Source of the DNA: Planctomycetota bacterium
GTDB lineage: Bacteria > Planctomycetota > B15-G4 > JADJEK01
Direction: 5' to 3'
Length of the DNA stretch: 64,000 bases
Assembly (NCBI GenBank): GCA_044225365.1
Contig: JBGAIQ010000004.1
Coordinates: 1-64,000, forward strand
The position numbers and the translations under genes were made by a program. Positions 8,870-18,211 of this stretch are shown one piece after another. Each line of letters opens with the position of its first letter. The stretch's first letter is position 1. Under the pieces are notes generated by a model. That model searched no databases. It saw nothing but the letters and a program-made list of their open reading frames with translations, and was not told the DNA's origin.

Positions 8870-9946
8870 TCAAGACGACTTCAACGCCGAACCAATCGAC
8901 AACCGCTCCATCCAGCGCGCAAAGAATCGCAGGTTGTGGATCGTGAGCAGGCGATCGGCGAGCGGCTCCTCGACTTCGCGCAGATGACGCAGTAACGCCA
9001 GCGAAGCCGTCCGGCAGCAGCGGGCATCACAGGTCGGATCGATCGGGACATCGCTCCGCCGGTGCTTGTCGTCGTCGACGTACAGGTAGTCGAAACCGCG
9101 AGCATTCGTCTCGAACCGATAGGCGCGACCGCGCCGCGCATCGCGAGTGGGAAGCGTGCAGTCGAAGATGGAGTAACCCGCCGCGACGCACGCGACGATC
9201 GAATCGGGACGCCCGATCCCGAGCCCCCACAACGGAGCCCCGTCCGGCGCGATCTGCGGCAAGCGCAATACGGCATCGACGAGATCGCCGTCCTCACCGA
9301 TCGGCCAGCCGCCGAACCCGAACGCCCGGAAGCCGAGCTCGTGCATGCGCTCGATGCACTTGCGGCGCAGGTCGTCGTGCGGCCCGCCCTGCACCACGCC
9401 GAAGAGCAATGGCGCCCGACCGGTCGCGTCGCGCAATCGCGCATACTCCTCCGCGCTGCGTTCGGCCCACTCCAACGTATGGGCGACGCTCACCTCGTGA
9501 TCCTCGCGCGACGCGGAACCGTGCGCGCAGTGGTCGAGCGCGACGATGCCGTCGCCGCCGAGCTTGAATTGATGCTGGATGCTCTTCTCCGGCGTGAGCA
9601 GATGCGCGTCGGGCTCGCCCTTGCGTTTGAACCGCAGGCCCTTGTTCGCGATCGACACGCTCCAGTCCTTCTGCTCCGCGAGCGACAGGATCTGGAAGCC
9701 GCCCGAGTCGGAGAAGATCACCGACGACAGTCCGGAGAACGCGCGGATCCCGCGATCGCGATCGAAGACCTCCATGCCCGGCGCACGCGACAGATGGAAC
9801 GAGTTCACGCACACCGCCGCGATCCCCGTCGCGACGAGATCGTCGCCGTCGATGCAGCGCACGACGCCGCGCGTCGCGTCCGGAAGGAACGCGGGCAGCT
9901 TCAAGGTGCGCTCGCCGAAGACGAGTTCGTGCGGTGCGTCACTCAC
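8870..9946 (-). CDS. tgt: tRNA-guanine transglycosylase family protein (divergent TGT paralogue)
   Basis: DSGGFQ, LDHC, GVVQGG, FGGWP, LGIG, FDCTLPTRDARRG, CDARCC..HNLRFF; GTG start overlaps the upstream stop (GTGA). Confidence 0.88.
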   Translation of the reverse strand: MSDAPHELVFGERTLKLPAFLPDATRGVVRCIDGDDLVATGIAAVCVNSFHLSRAPGMEVFDRDRGIRAFSGLSSVIFSDSGGFQILSLAEQKDWSVSIANKGLRFKRKGEPDAHLLTPEKSIQHQFKLGGDGIVALDHCAHGSASREDHEVSVAHTLEWAERSAEEYARLRDATGRAPLLFGVVQGGPHDDLRRKCIERMHELGFRAFGFGGWPIGEDGDLVDAVLRLPQIAPDGAPLWGLGIGRPDSIVACVAAGYSIFDCTLPTRDARRGRAYRFETNARGFDYLYVDDDKHRRSDVPIDPTCDARCCRTASLALLRHLREVEEPLADRLLTIHNLRFFARWMERLSIGSALKSS

Positions 9947-10791
9947 GACGGAGCCCCGGTCGTTGTGGATTCGAGTGAGACGACGTAGAAGACCTCGCTC
10001 GCGAACTCGAGCTTCCGCGCGATCGGATGTTGCGGCTCCACGGCGGTGCGAATCCACTCGTCGTAGTGCTCGCGCATGCCCTTCTCGCGACCCGTGAGGC
10101 TTCGAGTCGGGAACGAGAGTACGGCGTGCGAGCAACCAGCGGCTCGAAGACGCGTCAACAGTCGCGAGGTCGCTCCGTCCTCCTGGCGTTCGAGACACGG
10201 CGCGGCCTTGAACAACCACGCGACGGAACCCGAGGGTCCGGCGAACTCGAACTCCTCGGTGAGGACATCACCGCACGCGGCTTCGCCACCACAGCGAAGT
10301 CCGGCGAGCCAGAGGTTCGCGAGGTGCGCCACGCGGCCGTCGATGTCGATCGCGCGATACCGGACTCCCGCGGGCAGAGCCATCCACGGCCACGCGAACG
10401 CATTGGCTCCGCCGCACAGATCGAAAACACATCGGAGATTCGGCAGCGTCGCACTCAGCGCGGAATAGACCTCGGCCATCGACTCCATGCGCTCCGCCGT
10501 CGAGGCGTGCAGCGACAATGCCCGCACCGCGAACTCACGGATGGCCGTCTCCGATTCGAAGTCGAGCGTCGCGAGTTCGCGCTCGATTCTCAGGAGATCC
10601 GGATCGCGGTACGCGCCGGACCACTGATGCAGCTTCTCTCGCGCGTAATGCACCGCGTCCGCGAGACGCTTGGGGCGCGTGCGCAACGCCGCGTCCGCCG
10701 CGCGGGCGAGCGCGCCGTGCGCGAGGGCTCCGTACTTTCGAGTCGAGCGCAGCTCCGCGACGATGGCTGCGCTCTCGATCACGGAGCTCAT
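9943..10791 (-). CDS. ArmA/Rmt (FmrO/Sgm) family 16S rRNA (guanine(1405)-N7)-methyltransferase
   Basis: HASTAERM, DLCGGANAFAWPW, AIDID, FKAAPCLERQE, VLSFPTRSLTGREKGMREHY match the family blocks HxSTxER, DxxCGxNP, LKxxPxLExQ, SFPxxSLxGRxKGM. Confidence 0.88.
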   Translation of the reverse strand: MSSVIESAAIVAELRSTRKYGALAHGALARAADAALRTRPKRLADAVHYAREKLHQWSGAYRDPDLLRIERELATLDFESETAIREFAVRALSLHASTAERMESMAEVYSALSATLPNLRCVFDLCGGANAFAWPWMALPAGVRYRAIDIDGRVAHLANLWLAGLRCGGEAACGDVLTEEFEFAGPSGSVAWLFKAAPCLERQEDGATSRLLTRLRAAGCSHAVLSFPTRSLTGREKGMREHYDEWIRTAVEPQHPIARKLEFASEVFYVVSLESTTTGAPS

Positions 10792-10797
10792 GTCGCG

Positions 10798-11955
10798 TCA
10801 CTGGATATGCATGCGAAGCGGCGCGGTCGATGCGACACCGCCACCGGCGCCGGGATCGGCGACGAGGACCTGGACGAACACGTCGAAGGTCGGCAGGTTC
10901 GAAGGTAGAGAGGCCGGCAGCGGCAGGAACCCGTTGCCCGGCCCCGCTCCGAAGATCGGCAATGTGAAGATGAGCTGCGGCAGGATCGGCATCACCTGCA
11001 GCGCGCACGACGGAACGACGTTCGCCGTGCCCTGACCGAGGCCGACGAAGAGCACGCCCTGCGTGCCACCAAGAGCGTTCGCGATGTTGAGCGTGAAGGA
11101 CTGTCCCGGATTCGGCGTGCCGCTGCCCGTGAGCGTCGGCGTGAACGCGCCGCTGCCCGGACAACCGTGCCCATAGCTCTGGAAGAACGATGGCCCGTTC
11201 ACCCAGGCCATCCCCTTCGCGAGATGGTCCATGATTCCGATCGTCGTCACCACGCCGCTCGTCGACACCGACACGAATTGCTGCGCGAAGTCCTGCGAGA
11301 GAAGCGTTCCCGCGTCCTTGCGCGTGAGGCACAGCAAGCCGATCGGCGCGTAGGCGCCGGAGAGCGTCACGGGCTGGATGGCGAGTGTCGTCGGATCCAC
11401 GGTTTCGAGGATCGTGCCGAACACGAGATCGTTGATCACGCCGTTGCCCGAGGCGTGATAGAGCTGGCCGTCGAACGGATTGAACGCGAGCGTCTCGCCC
11501 GCCCCGCCGTTCCCGAGCGGCGTCACGAGCGTGATCGCGGCCGTCGCCTTGTCGATCTTGTACAGCGCTTCGGAGACGATTCCGCCGTCGCCCGATACGC
11601 CCCACATCTGGCCGGTCGAATCGAACGCGATGCCGGCGAACTTTTCCAAGGTGTCGCCGAGATCGACGCAGACACCCGTCGCAGGATCGATCTTCAGGAG
11701 TTCCTTCGTCGTGCCGCCGAAGACGGAGACGACGGCATAGAGCGCGCCATCCGTGGGATCGGTCGCGAGCCCCGAACCCTGGAGGACCGGACCTCCGCCG
11801 GGGATCGTGAGCGTGACTTGGGAGAGCGTCGCCCCGGTCGAAGGATCGATCGTGCGCAGTTGGTCATCCGACGGCGCGACCGTGACGAGTTGCGGGACCT
11901 GTGCGTGGAGCGTCGACGCCGCGAAGATCGCGGTGAGGAGCAGGGGGAACTTCAT
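10798..11955 (-). CDS. Secreted beta-propeller protein with shared C-terminal domain
   Basis: Signal peptide ..LHA/Q; repeats of GLATDP..LYAV..LLKIDPATG; YGHGCPG..APLRMHIQ tail. Confidence 0.75.
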   Translation of the reverse strand: MKFPLLLTAIFAASTLHAQVPQLVTVAPSDDQLRTIDPSTGATLSQVTLTIPGGGPVLQGSGLATDPTDGALYAVVSVFGGTTKELLKIDPATGVCVDLGDTLEKFAGIAFDSTGQMWGVSGDGGIVSEALYKIDKATAAITLVTPLGNGGAGETLAFNPFDGQLYHASGNGVINDLVFGTILETVDPTTLAIQPVTLSGAYAPIGLLCLTRKDAGTLLSQDFAQQFVSVSTSGVVTTIGIMDHLAKGMAWVNGPSFFQSYGHGCPGSGAFTPTLTGSGTPNPGQSFTLNIANALGGTQGVLFVGLGQGTANVVPSCALQVMPILPQLIFTLPIFGAGPGNGFLPLPASLPSNLPTFDVFVQVLVADPGAGGGVASTAPLRMHIQ

Positions 11956-12040
11956 GATGTGGAACCCGGGAAGTCGAGGGAGTCGGGGACGTGAAGGATA
12001 TCACAACGACCCACCCGTCGAACGATCGTCGATCATGAAT

Positions 12041-12261
12041 GCCGGGCAGAGCCCGGCGGTCCGTTTCTCCTTCCGGACCGCCAAGTCTTCCGGACCGCCA
12101 GGCTCCGCCTGGCATCTTCCTTCCTTGCCACCGGCCGGACCGTTAGGCGTTTCTTCGGGACCGCCAGGTCTTCCGGACCGCCAGGCTCCGCCTGGCTCCA
12201 AAGATTTAACTGCCGGGCGGAGCCCGGCGCTCCCATCTTGCCGGGCGGAGCCCGGCGCTCC
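12041..12261. repeat. Cluster of five 22-bp REP-like imperfect palindromes
   Basis: GGACCGCCAGGCTCCGCCTGGC at 12092-12113 and 12175-12196; opposite-orientation GCCGGGCRGAGCCCGGCG(G/C)TCC at 12041-12062, 12212-12233 and 12240-12261. Confidence 0.75.
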
Positions 12262-12283
12262 AGGCCGGCGGTCCGATCCCGCC

Positions 12284-14671
12284 TCATCCGCGCGGAGGCG
12301 CGTTCTTCACGTATTTGTCGAGCCACTCCACCATCTCGGCGAGCACGTGGAGGTTCGATTCGCGCGCGCGGTAGCCGTGATCCTCACCCGGCAGGTACAC
12401 GAAGCGCGCCTTCCCGCCGTTGCCCTTGATCGCCTGGAACAGTCGTTCCGAGTTGATCGGGAACGTTCCGGGATTCGAGTCGGCCATGCCGTGGATCATG
12501 AGCAGCGGCTCGTTGATCTTGTCGGCGTACATGAACGGAGAGACCTTCATGTACACGTCCTTCGCTTCCCACATTGTGCGGCGCTCGCTCTGGAAACCGA
12601 ACGGCGTGAGCGTGCGGTTGTAGGCGCCGCTGCGCGCGATGCCGGCGCGGAACAGATCGCTGTGCGCGAGCAGGTTCGCCGTCATGAACGCGCCGTAACT
12701 GTGGCCACCGACGGCGGCGCGATTCTTGTCGCACACACCGCGACGATCGAACTCGTCGAGACACGCCTCGGCCGACGCCACGATCTGCTCGATGAACGTG
12801 TCGTTCATCGTCTCCGGATCGCCGACGATCGGCATCGTCGCGTTGTCGAGGACCGCGTACCCTTGCGTGAGGAGCAAGAGGTGCGAGGCGCCCGAGACGC
12901 GCGTGAAGCGGTAAGGCGAACCCGACACCTGACCCGCCGTCGCGGCGTCGTTGAATTCGAGCGGGTAGGCCCACACGAACACGGGGAGCTTGCCGCCCGA
13001 GTAACCCTTCGGCAGGTAGAGCGTCGCCGAGAGGTCGACGCCGTCCTTTCGCTTGTACGTGACGAGCTCTTTGGTAATGCCGCGCAACTGCGGCTGCGGG
13101 TCGGCAAACTGCGTGAGCTGCGAGCGCTTGCCGCTCTCGAGATCCGTCAGGAAGTAGTTCGGCGCGACGTCGGGCGTCTCGTACGAGGTCACGACGGTCG
13201 GCTTCTTGCTCTTGTCGCTCGCGAGGACCGTCGTCAGACCCTCGTAGGTCTTCTCCGCGCATTGCCAGAGTCGCTCGCTCTTGCCGGTCTTCAGATCGAA
13301 GCGATCGAGGAACGGCCGCGCGCCCTGCTTCGATTCGCCCTCGCCGGAGCGATACACGAAGTCGCCGTCCTGGCGCACGACGCGCTCGCCGCGCGCATTC
13401 TCGTCGAGCACGAGAGCGCCCGGATTCTTGTAGCGGTCGTTCTGACTGCGATCGTCGAGCACCACGGAAGACTTGCCCGTCTTCAGATCGAAGATCCGGG
13501 TGCGTGTCCAACGCCGATCGCGATCGAAGTCGGTCGCGGCGACGAGCGACGGATCGGCGAACCAAGTGAGTCCGCGCGCGCGTTGTTCGAGCTTCAGTCC
13601 CTCGCGCGCTGCGCTCTGGAACGGCGCATCGAGAACCATGAGGTGATCGCGGAACTCGGCCTTCTTCTTCGGATCGCCGCCGTCGAGCGCTTCCCACCAG
13701 ACGAGCGTCGCATCGGCGCTGCTCTGCCACGCGATGTTGCGCGGCCCGGTCGGAACGCCCTCGATCGGCACGTTCTCCTCGAGGGGATTCTTCGCGAGCG
13801 ACTTCTCGAGCTTGCCGTCGCGACCCCACACCTCGTACGTGCGGCCGAACGCGGAAACGGGCTGCAGATACGTATACGGACGATCGAACTTCACGACGAG
13901 CAAATGCTGCGCATCCGGCGACGCATCGACGCCCGCGAAATGGCCGGAGCTTCCGATCATCGCGACGCTGCCCGTATCACTGTCGAACGTCGCGAACTGC
14001 GACGTCGCGAAGAAGTCGAAGAGCGCTTCGTCGTGCGGCGTCTTGAGCAGGTCTTCGTAGGTCCGGATCGGCGACTTCTCGCCGTTCGTCTCCTGAATGC
14101 TCGGTCCGACCGGAATCGCGGGCTCCTCCGGCATCGCTCCGCGATCCTTCGGGATCACGGCGAGAAGGACCGTCTTACCGTCCGAGAGCCAGCTCGGCTG
14201 CACGAAGAGCGTGTTCAACGGGAGATCGCACTTCTTCACCTTTTTCGTCGCGAGTTCGAACGTGAGCAACTCGTTCTTGTCGCCATTGCGCATCGTCGCG
14301 AGGAAGCGGTCGTTCTTCGGCGACCAGGAGAATGCGACGAGCTTCAACGAAGAGCCGAGCGGCTCGAACGACGTGCTGCCGTCGAGACTGCGAATCGTGA
14401 GGCGGTCGGTGAAATCGTCGACCTTCGCCGCGCTCGCCTTCGGATCGACGCGCAGCCCCGCGAGTCCGATCCACGGCCGCATGACCGCTTCGATCGACGG
14501 CATCGACGGTCGTTCGAGCATTGCGATCCACTTGCCGTCGGGCGAGAAGCGCGCGGCGGGAGTCGGGCGCGCATCGAGGATGTCGACGATCTCCTTCGGC
14601 GGCAGCTTGTAGCCCGATGGTGCGTCCTGGAACTGCAATGCGAATGGCAGCAACAGCGAGATCAGCAGCAT
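12284..14671 (-). CDS. S9 family (prolyl oligopeptidase / dipeptidyl aminopeptidase-like) peptidase, secreted
   Basis: N-terminal propeller (FSPDG, WSP); catalytic GHSYG, HGMADSN, EDHGY. Confidence 0.9.
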   Translation of the reverse strand: MLLISLLLPFALQFQDAPSGYKLPPKEIVDILDARPTPAARFSPDGKWIAMLERPSMPSIEAVMRPWIGLAGLRVDPKASAAKVDDFTDRLTIRSLDGSTSFEPLGSSLKLVAFSWSPKNDRFLATMRNGDKNELLTFELATKKVKKCDLPLNTLFVQPSWLSDGKTVLLAVIPKDRGAMPEEPAIPVGPSIQETNGEKSPIRTYEDLLKTPHDEALFDFFATSQFATFDSDTGSVAMIGSSGHFAGVDASPDAQHLLVVKFDRPYTYLQPVSAFGRTYEVWGRDGKLEKSLAKNPLEENVPIEGVPTGPRNIAWQSSADATLVWWEALDGGDPKKKAEFRDHLMVLDAPFQSAAREGLKLEQRARGLTWFADPSLVAATDFDRDRRWTRTRIFDLKTGKSSVVLDDRSQNDRYKNPGALVLDENARGERVVRQDGDFVYRSGEGESKQGARPFLDRFDLKTGKSERLWQCAEKTYEGLTTVLASDKSKKPTVVTSYETPDVAPNYFLTDLESGKRSQLTQFADPQPQLRGITKELVTYKRKDGVDLSATLYLPKGYSGGKLPVFVWAYPLEFNDAATAGQVSGSPYRFTRVSGASHLLLLTQGYAVLDNATMPIVGDPETMNDTFIEQIVASAEACLDEFDRRGVCDKNRAAVGGHSYGAFMTANLLAHSDLFRAGIARSGAYNRTLTPFGFQSERRTMWEAKDVYMKVSPFMYADKINEPLLMIHGMADSNPGTFPINSERLFQAIKGNGGKARFVYLPGEDHGYRARESNLHVLAEMVEWLDKYVKNAPPRG

Positions 14672-14768
14672 GAACTCTCCTCCTCGTTCTGTCGGATGGG
14701 TCGAAGCGACGAGCGATCGGCGCGATAAGAGCCCGCGAGCGACGCTCGAATCATACCGGATCGCAGGA

Positions 14769-15413
14769 TCAGGCCGGGTTGCCGAGCGGCGCGAATTGCT
14801 TCGACTCGGGGTCGAACGCGAACAGCTCGGCCGTCGCGATCTTGAACATCCAGGCGTGAAGGCGCAGCGATCCCGATGCGAGCCGCTCCGCGACGATCGG
14901 GTAGCCGCGCAGGTTCTCGAGGCCGAACAGGACGTTTTCCTCGGCCGCCGCCGTCTCGCGATCGACGTCGTTCGCGAGGTGCGTGTAGTGGCGCTCGAGC
15001 GTCACACGAACGGGATCCGCGAGCGCGAGCCACTTGTTGAGGTGCGGCGCCCGAGCGGCATCCAGCGCACCGGTCCCGTGAACGATGCCGCGCATCGCAC
15101 CGCACTGCGAATGTCCGCAGATCACGATGTCGGAGACGTCGAGCGCGCCGACCGCGAACTCGATCGCCGCGGCGGTCGAGTTCTGCTCGCCCGCGGCGTC
15201 GTGCGGCGGGACGATGTTCCCAACGTTCTTCACGACGAAGAGTTCGCCCGGGCGCGAGTGCGTGATCAGCTCCGCGATCACTCGCGAATCGGAGCACGTG
15301 ATGAACAGCGCGTGCGGTTTCTGGCCCTCGGTCGCCAGCTTCTCGAACAGATCGCGATAGCGCCCGAAGTCATCGCGCCGGAAGCGGTGCACACCGTCGA
15401 TCAATCGCTGCAT
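14769..15413 (-). CDS. Beta-class carbonic anhydrase
   Basis: GQKP..ITCSDSR, PGELFVVKNVGN, CGHSQCGAM. Confidence 0.93.
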   Translation of the reverse strand: MQRLIDGVHRFRRDDFGRYRDLFEKLATEGQKPHALFITCSDSRVIAELITHSRPGELFVVKNVGNIVPPHDAAGEQNSTAAAIEFAVGALDVSDIVICGHSQCGAMRGIVHGTGALDAARAPHLNKWLALADPVRVTLERHYTHLANDVDRETAAAEENVLFGLENLRGYPIVAERLASGSLRLHAWMFKIATAELFAFDPESKQFAPLGNPA

Positions 15414-15457
15414 CGTTCGTTCCTCGGAGTCTCGTGACCCGGTTGAACATAGCGGCG

Positions 15458-15493
15458 AAAAGAAAAAGCGCGCGCCGGAAGCCGGCTCGCGCT
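15458..15493 (-). terminator. Intrinsic terminator after the 15533..16390 gene
   Basis: agcgcgcgccgg-aag-ccggctcgcgct stem, with a T-tract following on the minus strand. Confidence 0.7.
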
Positions 15494-15532
15494 CTCTCTG
15501 GTCGGAATCCGCTGGGACGAAGCGGCGATCGC

Positions 15533-16390
15533 TCAGGGCAGGAGATCGGGGATCGTGCCGACGAGCACGACGGCCGTCGTCGCATCCTGGATCTGAACGA
15601 CGCGCCCCGCGAGGTCGTCGACGTTCGCAACGCCGAGCGGCATCGCGTCCCCCTTCTTGTTGTCGAGGAAGAGCTTGAACTCGCCCGAGGGGCCATCCGC
15701 CACCATCGCGCCGGCGAGCGTGAACGTTCCTGCGCCCACCGAATCCTCGACGAACACCGAGAACGTGCCTACGGGATCGAGATGCTCGGCGTGGACGCGG
15801 AAGCGCTGACGATCGTCCTTGCCCTTGAACCAGACCTCGACGCGGCCCTTCGCATTCGAGTCGACGACGACGATCGGCTGGCCGAGGTTCGCCTTCTTCT
15901 TCTTCCAGCCGTTGCCGTTCCCGCCCGGCCCGGACTGAGTCGGATCCGGAATCGTCCCGGTGAGCACGATGGCGCTCATTCCGTCCTCGATGTTGACGAC
16001 GCGACCCGCGAGATCGACGACGCTCGCGACCGCCTGCGGCAGCGGTCCCTGCTTCTCGTCGAACTTCAGATCGAACTCGCCGGTGAGTGCGTCATCGAGA
16101 CTCATGGCGCCGGCGTCGACGAATTGACCCGACGCGACTCCGTCTTCGATGAACACGTGATACGAACCGAGCGGATCGAGGTGCTCCGCCTTGAACTCGA
16201 TCTTGTCCTTGTCCTTGTTCGCCTCGGTCTCGAGTTTCACGCTGCCCTGCGCGTCGGCATCGGGCGGAGTGGTCGGCCGCACGAGGTAGGCCTCGGCGGT
16301 CTTCTTCTTGCCGGCGAGGGCGGAGTCGGCGAATGCGAAGGGGAGCGCCGCGGCGAGCAACGCGATGCTGAGCCTTGCTTTGCGATTCAT
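15533..16390 (-). CDS. Secreted hypothetical protein made of two tandem ~120-aa repeats
   Basis: Signal peptide; AEHLDP..VF(I/V)ED..AGAM..GEF.L..DLAGRVV.I.D..VL.GTIPD occurs twice. Confidence 0.75.
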   Translation of the reverse strand: MNRKARLSIALLAAALPFAFADSALAGKKKTAEAYLVRPTTPPDADAQGSVKLETEANKDKDKIEFKAEHLDPLGSYHVFIEDGVASGQFVDAGAMSLDDALTGEFDLKFDEKQGPLPQAVASVVDLAGRVVNIEDGMSAIVLTGTIPDPTQSGPGGNGNGWKKKKANLGQPIVVVDSNAKGRVEVWFKGKDDRQRFRVHAEHLDPVGTFSVFVEDSVGAGTFTLAGAMVADGPSGEFKLFLDNKKGDAMPLGVANVDDLAGRVVQIQDATTAVVLVGTIPDLLP

Positions 16391-16445
16391 GGTCGTCTCC
16401 TAGTAGGGTTTTCAGTTGCCGTCCTTGGACGGTGGGCCGCAACGG

Positions 16446-16488
16446 AAAGATCCCTCGCTTCCGGCTTCCGCCAGAGGCGAGGGATCTT
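16446..16488 (-). terminator. Long hairpin, probable terminator of the POT transporter gene
   Basis: aagatccctcgc (16447-16458) pairs with gcgagggatctt (16477-16488). Confidence 0.55.
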
Positions 16489-16531
16489 CGTGTGGATCGG
16501 GGTCGAAATACAGGTCTGCGTCAGCCCGAAG

Positions 16532-18034
16532 TCATTTCACCCCATGCATCCAGCGGTTCAGTACCTTCGACACGAGGAGGACGAGGACGCCTGCCGCCAC
16601 GCAGTACTGCATCGCCGGCATGAAGACGTGGGCGTAATCCGCGAGCCCGATCGACTCCATCTTCGCGCCCTCCCCACCGACCGCCGCGGAGATCTCCCCC
16701 GCGAGGTAGTTTCCGACGGAGATCGAGATGAACCACGCACCCATGACGAATCCCACCATCTTCTCCGGCGCGAGCTTCGTCACCATCGAGAGGCCGACTG
16801 GCGACAGACACAGCTCGCCCATCGTCTGGAGCAGATAGGTGATCCACAGCCAAATGAATCCGGCCTTGGCCGCGGGATTGTCCGGTGCGAGCCGGATGCC
16901 GAGGACGAGCACTCCGAACGAGAGCCCGTTCTGGATGAGAGCCAATCCGAACTTCGCCGGAATCGTCGGGTTCGCTTTCCGGCGGTCGAGCGCAGCCCAG
17001 ATCATGACGAACACCGGCGCGAGCAGCACGATGAATCCTGCGTTCACCGACTGGAACCAGGTGGCTTCGAACGTGCCGAAGGGCGTTTGCCGATCGACCA
17101 TGTTCTCCGCGAAGAAGGTGAACGAGTTTCCTGCCTGTTCGAACAACGCCCAGAACAGTGAGTTCGCGAACAGGAGGACGACGAGCGCCCAGAGCCGCTG
17201 GCGCTGGATCAGATCGCTCTTCGCACCGATCCACAGGATGTAGAGGACGACGACCGCCATGAGGCCGTAGAGAGACACCTTGAGGACGATCGTCTCCGAG
17301 AGGAGCTTGTAGCAGACAAAGGCCGCAACGAGCCCGCCGAAGGTCACGATCGAGGTAAGACCCATTCCTTCCTTGCCCGCCGGCGGCTTGCCATGATCGC
17401 CGAGGCGCTTGCGGCCGATCGAGAAGTTCAGGATGCCGAGGAGCATGCAGGCTCCCGCCGCGGCGAAGCCCCAGCGGAATCCGACGGCCTGCCGCAACGA
17501 ACCGCAGACGAACGGAGCGAGCAGGGCGCCGAGATTGATGCCCATGTAGAAGATCGTGAAACCCTGATCGCGACGCGGGTCACCCTGCTTGTAGAGCTTG
17601 CCGACGACCGTCGAGATATTCGGTTTGAAGAGGCCGTTCCCGATGATCATGAGCGCGAGGCCGAAGAGAAAGCCCTGCTCTTGATTGAAGGGCATACTGC
17701 CCTCGATGCCCTTTGGCACCATCAGCATGAACTCGCCGGCGGCGATGAAGAGCCCGCCGAGCATGATCGCACGCTGGTATCCGAGCAATCGGTCCGCGAT
17801 CGCGCCTCCGAAGACGCCGGTCGCATACACGAGAGCCGTGAATGCGCCGTACTTCTTGGAGGCGGCACCTTGGTCACCGTTCGTGAATTGCTCCGCCACG
17901 TACAGCGCGAGCAACGCGCGCATTCCGTAGTAGCAGAACCGCTCCCACATCTCCGTGAAGAAGAGCAGGTAGAGCCCCTTCGGGTGCCCAGTGAACGTGC
18001 CCTGTTTGGGCGCTTCGGCCGCGTTGGTCGTCAA
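16532..18034 (-). CDS. POT/PTR family peptide:H+ symporter (MFS)
   Basis: GHPKGL..TEMWERFCYYGMR (ExxERFxYY), GNGLFKPNIS, FYMGINLG, FQSVN, GELCLSPVGLS; TTG start with ggagg RBS. Confidence 0.93.
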   Translation of the reverse strand: MTTNAAEAPKQGTFTGHPKGLYLLFFTEMWERFCYYGMRALLALYVAEQFTNGDQGAASKKYGAFTALVYATGVFGGAIADRLLGYQRAIMLGGLFIAAGEFMLMVPKGIEGSMPFNQEQGFLFGLALMIIGNGLFKPNISTVVGKLYKQGDPRRDQGFTIFYMGINLGALLAPFVCGSLRQAVGFRWGFAAAGACMLLGILNFSIGRKRLGDHGKPPAGKEGMGLTSIVTFGGLVAAFVCYKLLSETIVLKVSLYGLMAVVVLYILWIGAKSDLIQRQRLWALVVLLFANSLFWALFEQAGNSFTFFAENMVDRQTPFGTFEATWFQSVNAGFIVLLAPVFVMIWAALDRRKANPTIPAKFGLALIQNGLSFGVLVLGIRLAPDNPAAKAGFIWLWITYLLQTMGELCLSPVGLSMVTKLAPEKMVGFVMGAWFISISVGNYLAGEISAAVGGEGAKMESIGLADYAHVFMPAMQYCVAAGVLVLLVSKVLNRWMHGVK

Positions 18035-18211
18035 GACGATCCTCCAACAGTGTGACGCGCATCGCGCGAATGGAGCGGGGAGGTTTGGCGCGAATCGATC
18101 TCGAAGACCAAGACGGCCTTCGAGCGGGGGCAGAGATTAGCGGCGAGTTGTCGTTCCGCGAAGATTAGATCCCGGAATCCGTACCAGGATCCGGCATCCA
18201 ATCCGAGGCCG

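Noticed and set aside
8870-9946. DpdA-type DNA 7-deazaguanine modification system
   Set aside because: The protein keeps tRNA-TGT-like motifs, and no dpdB/C or preQ0 synthesis genes lie nearby.
8870-11955. Mobile resistance cassette around the rmt-like gene
   Set aside because: No transposase, integrase, ISCR, attC site or target-site duplication is visible.
12001-12429. Small ORFs in the REP region
   Set aside because: Their translations merely reflect the DNA repeats, with no RBS or protein-like composition.
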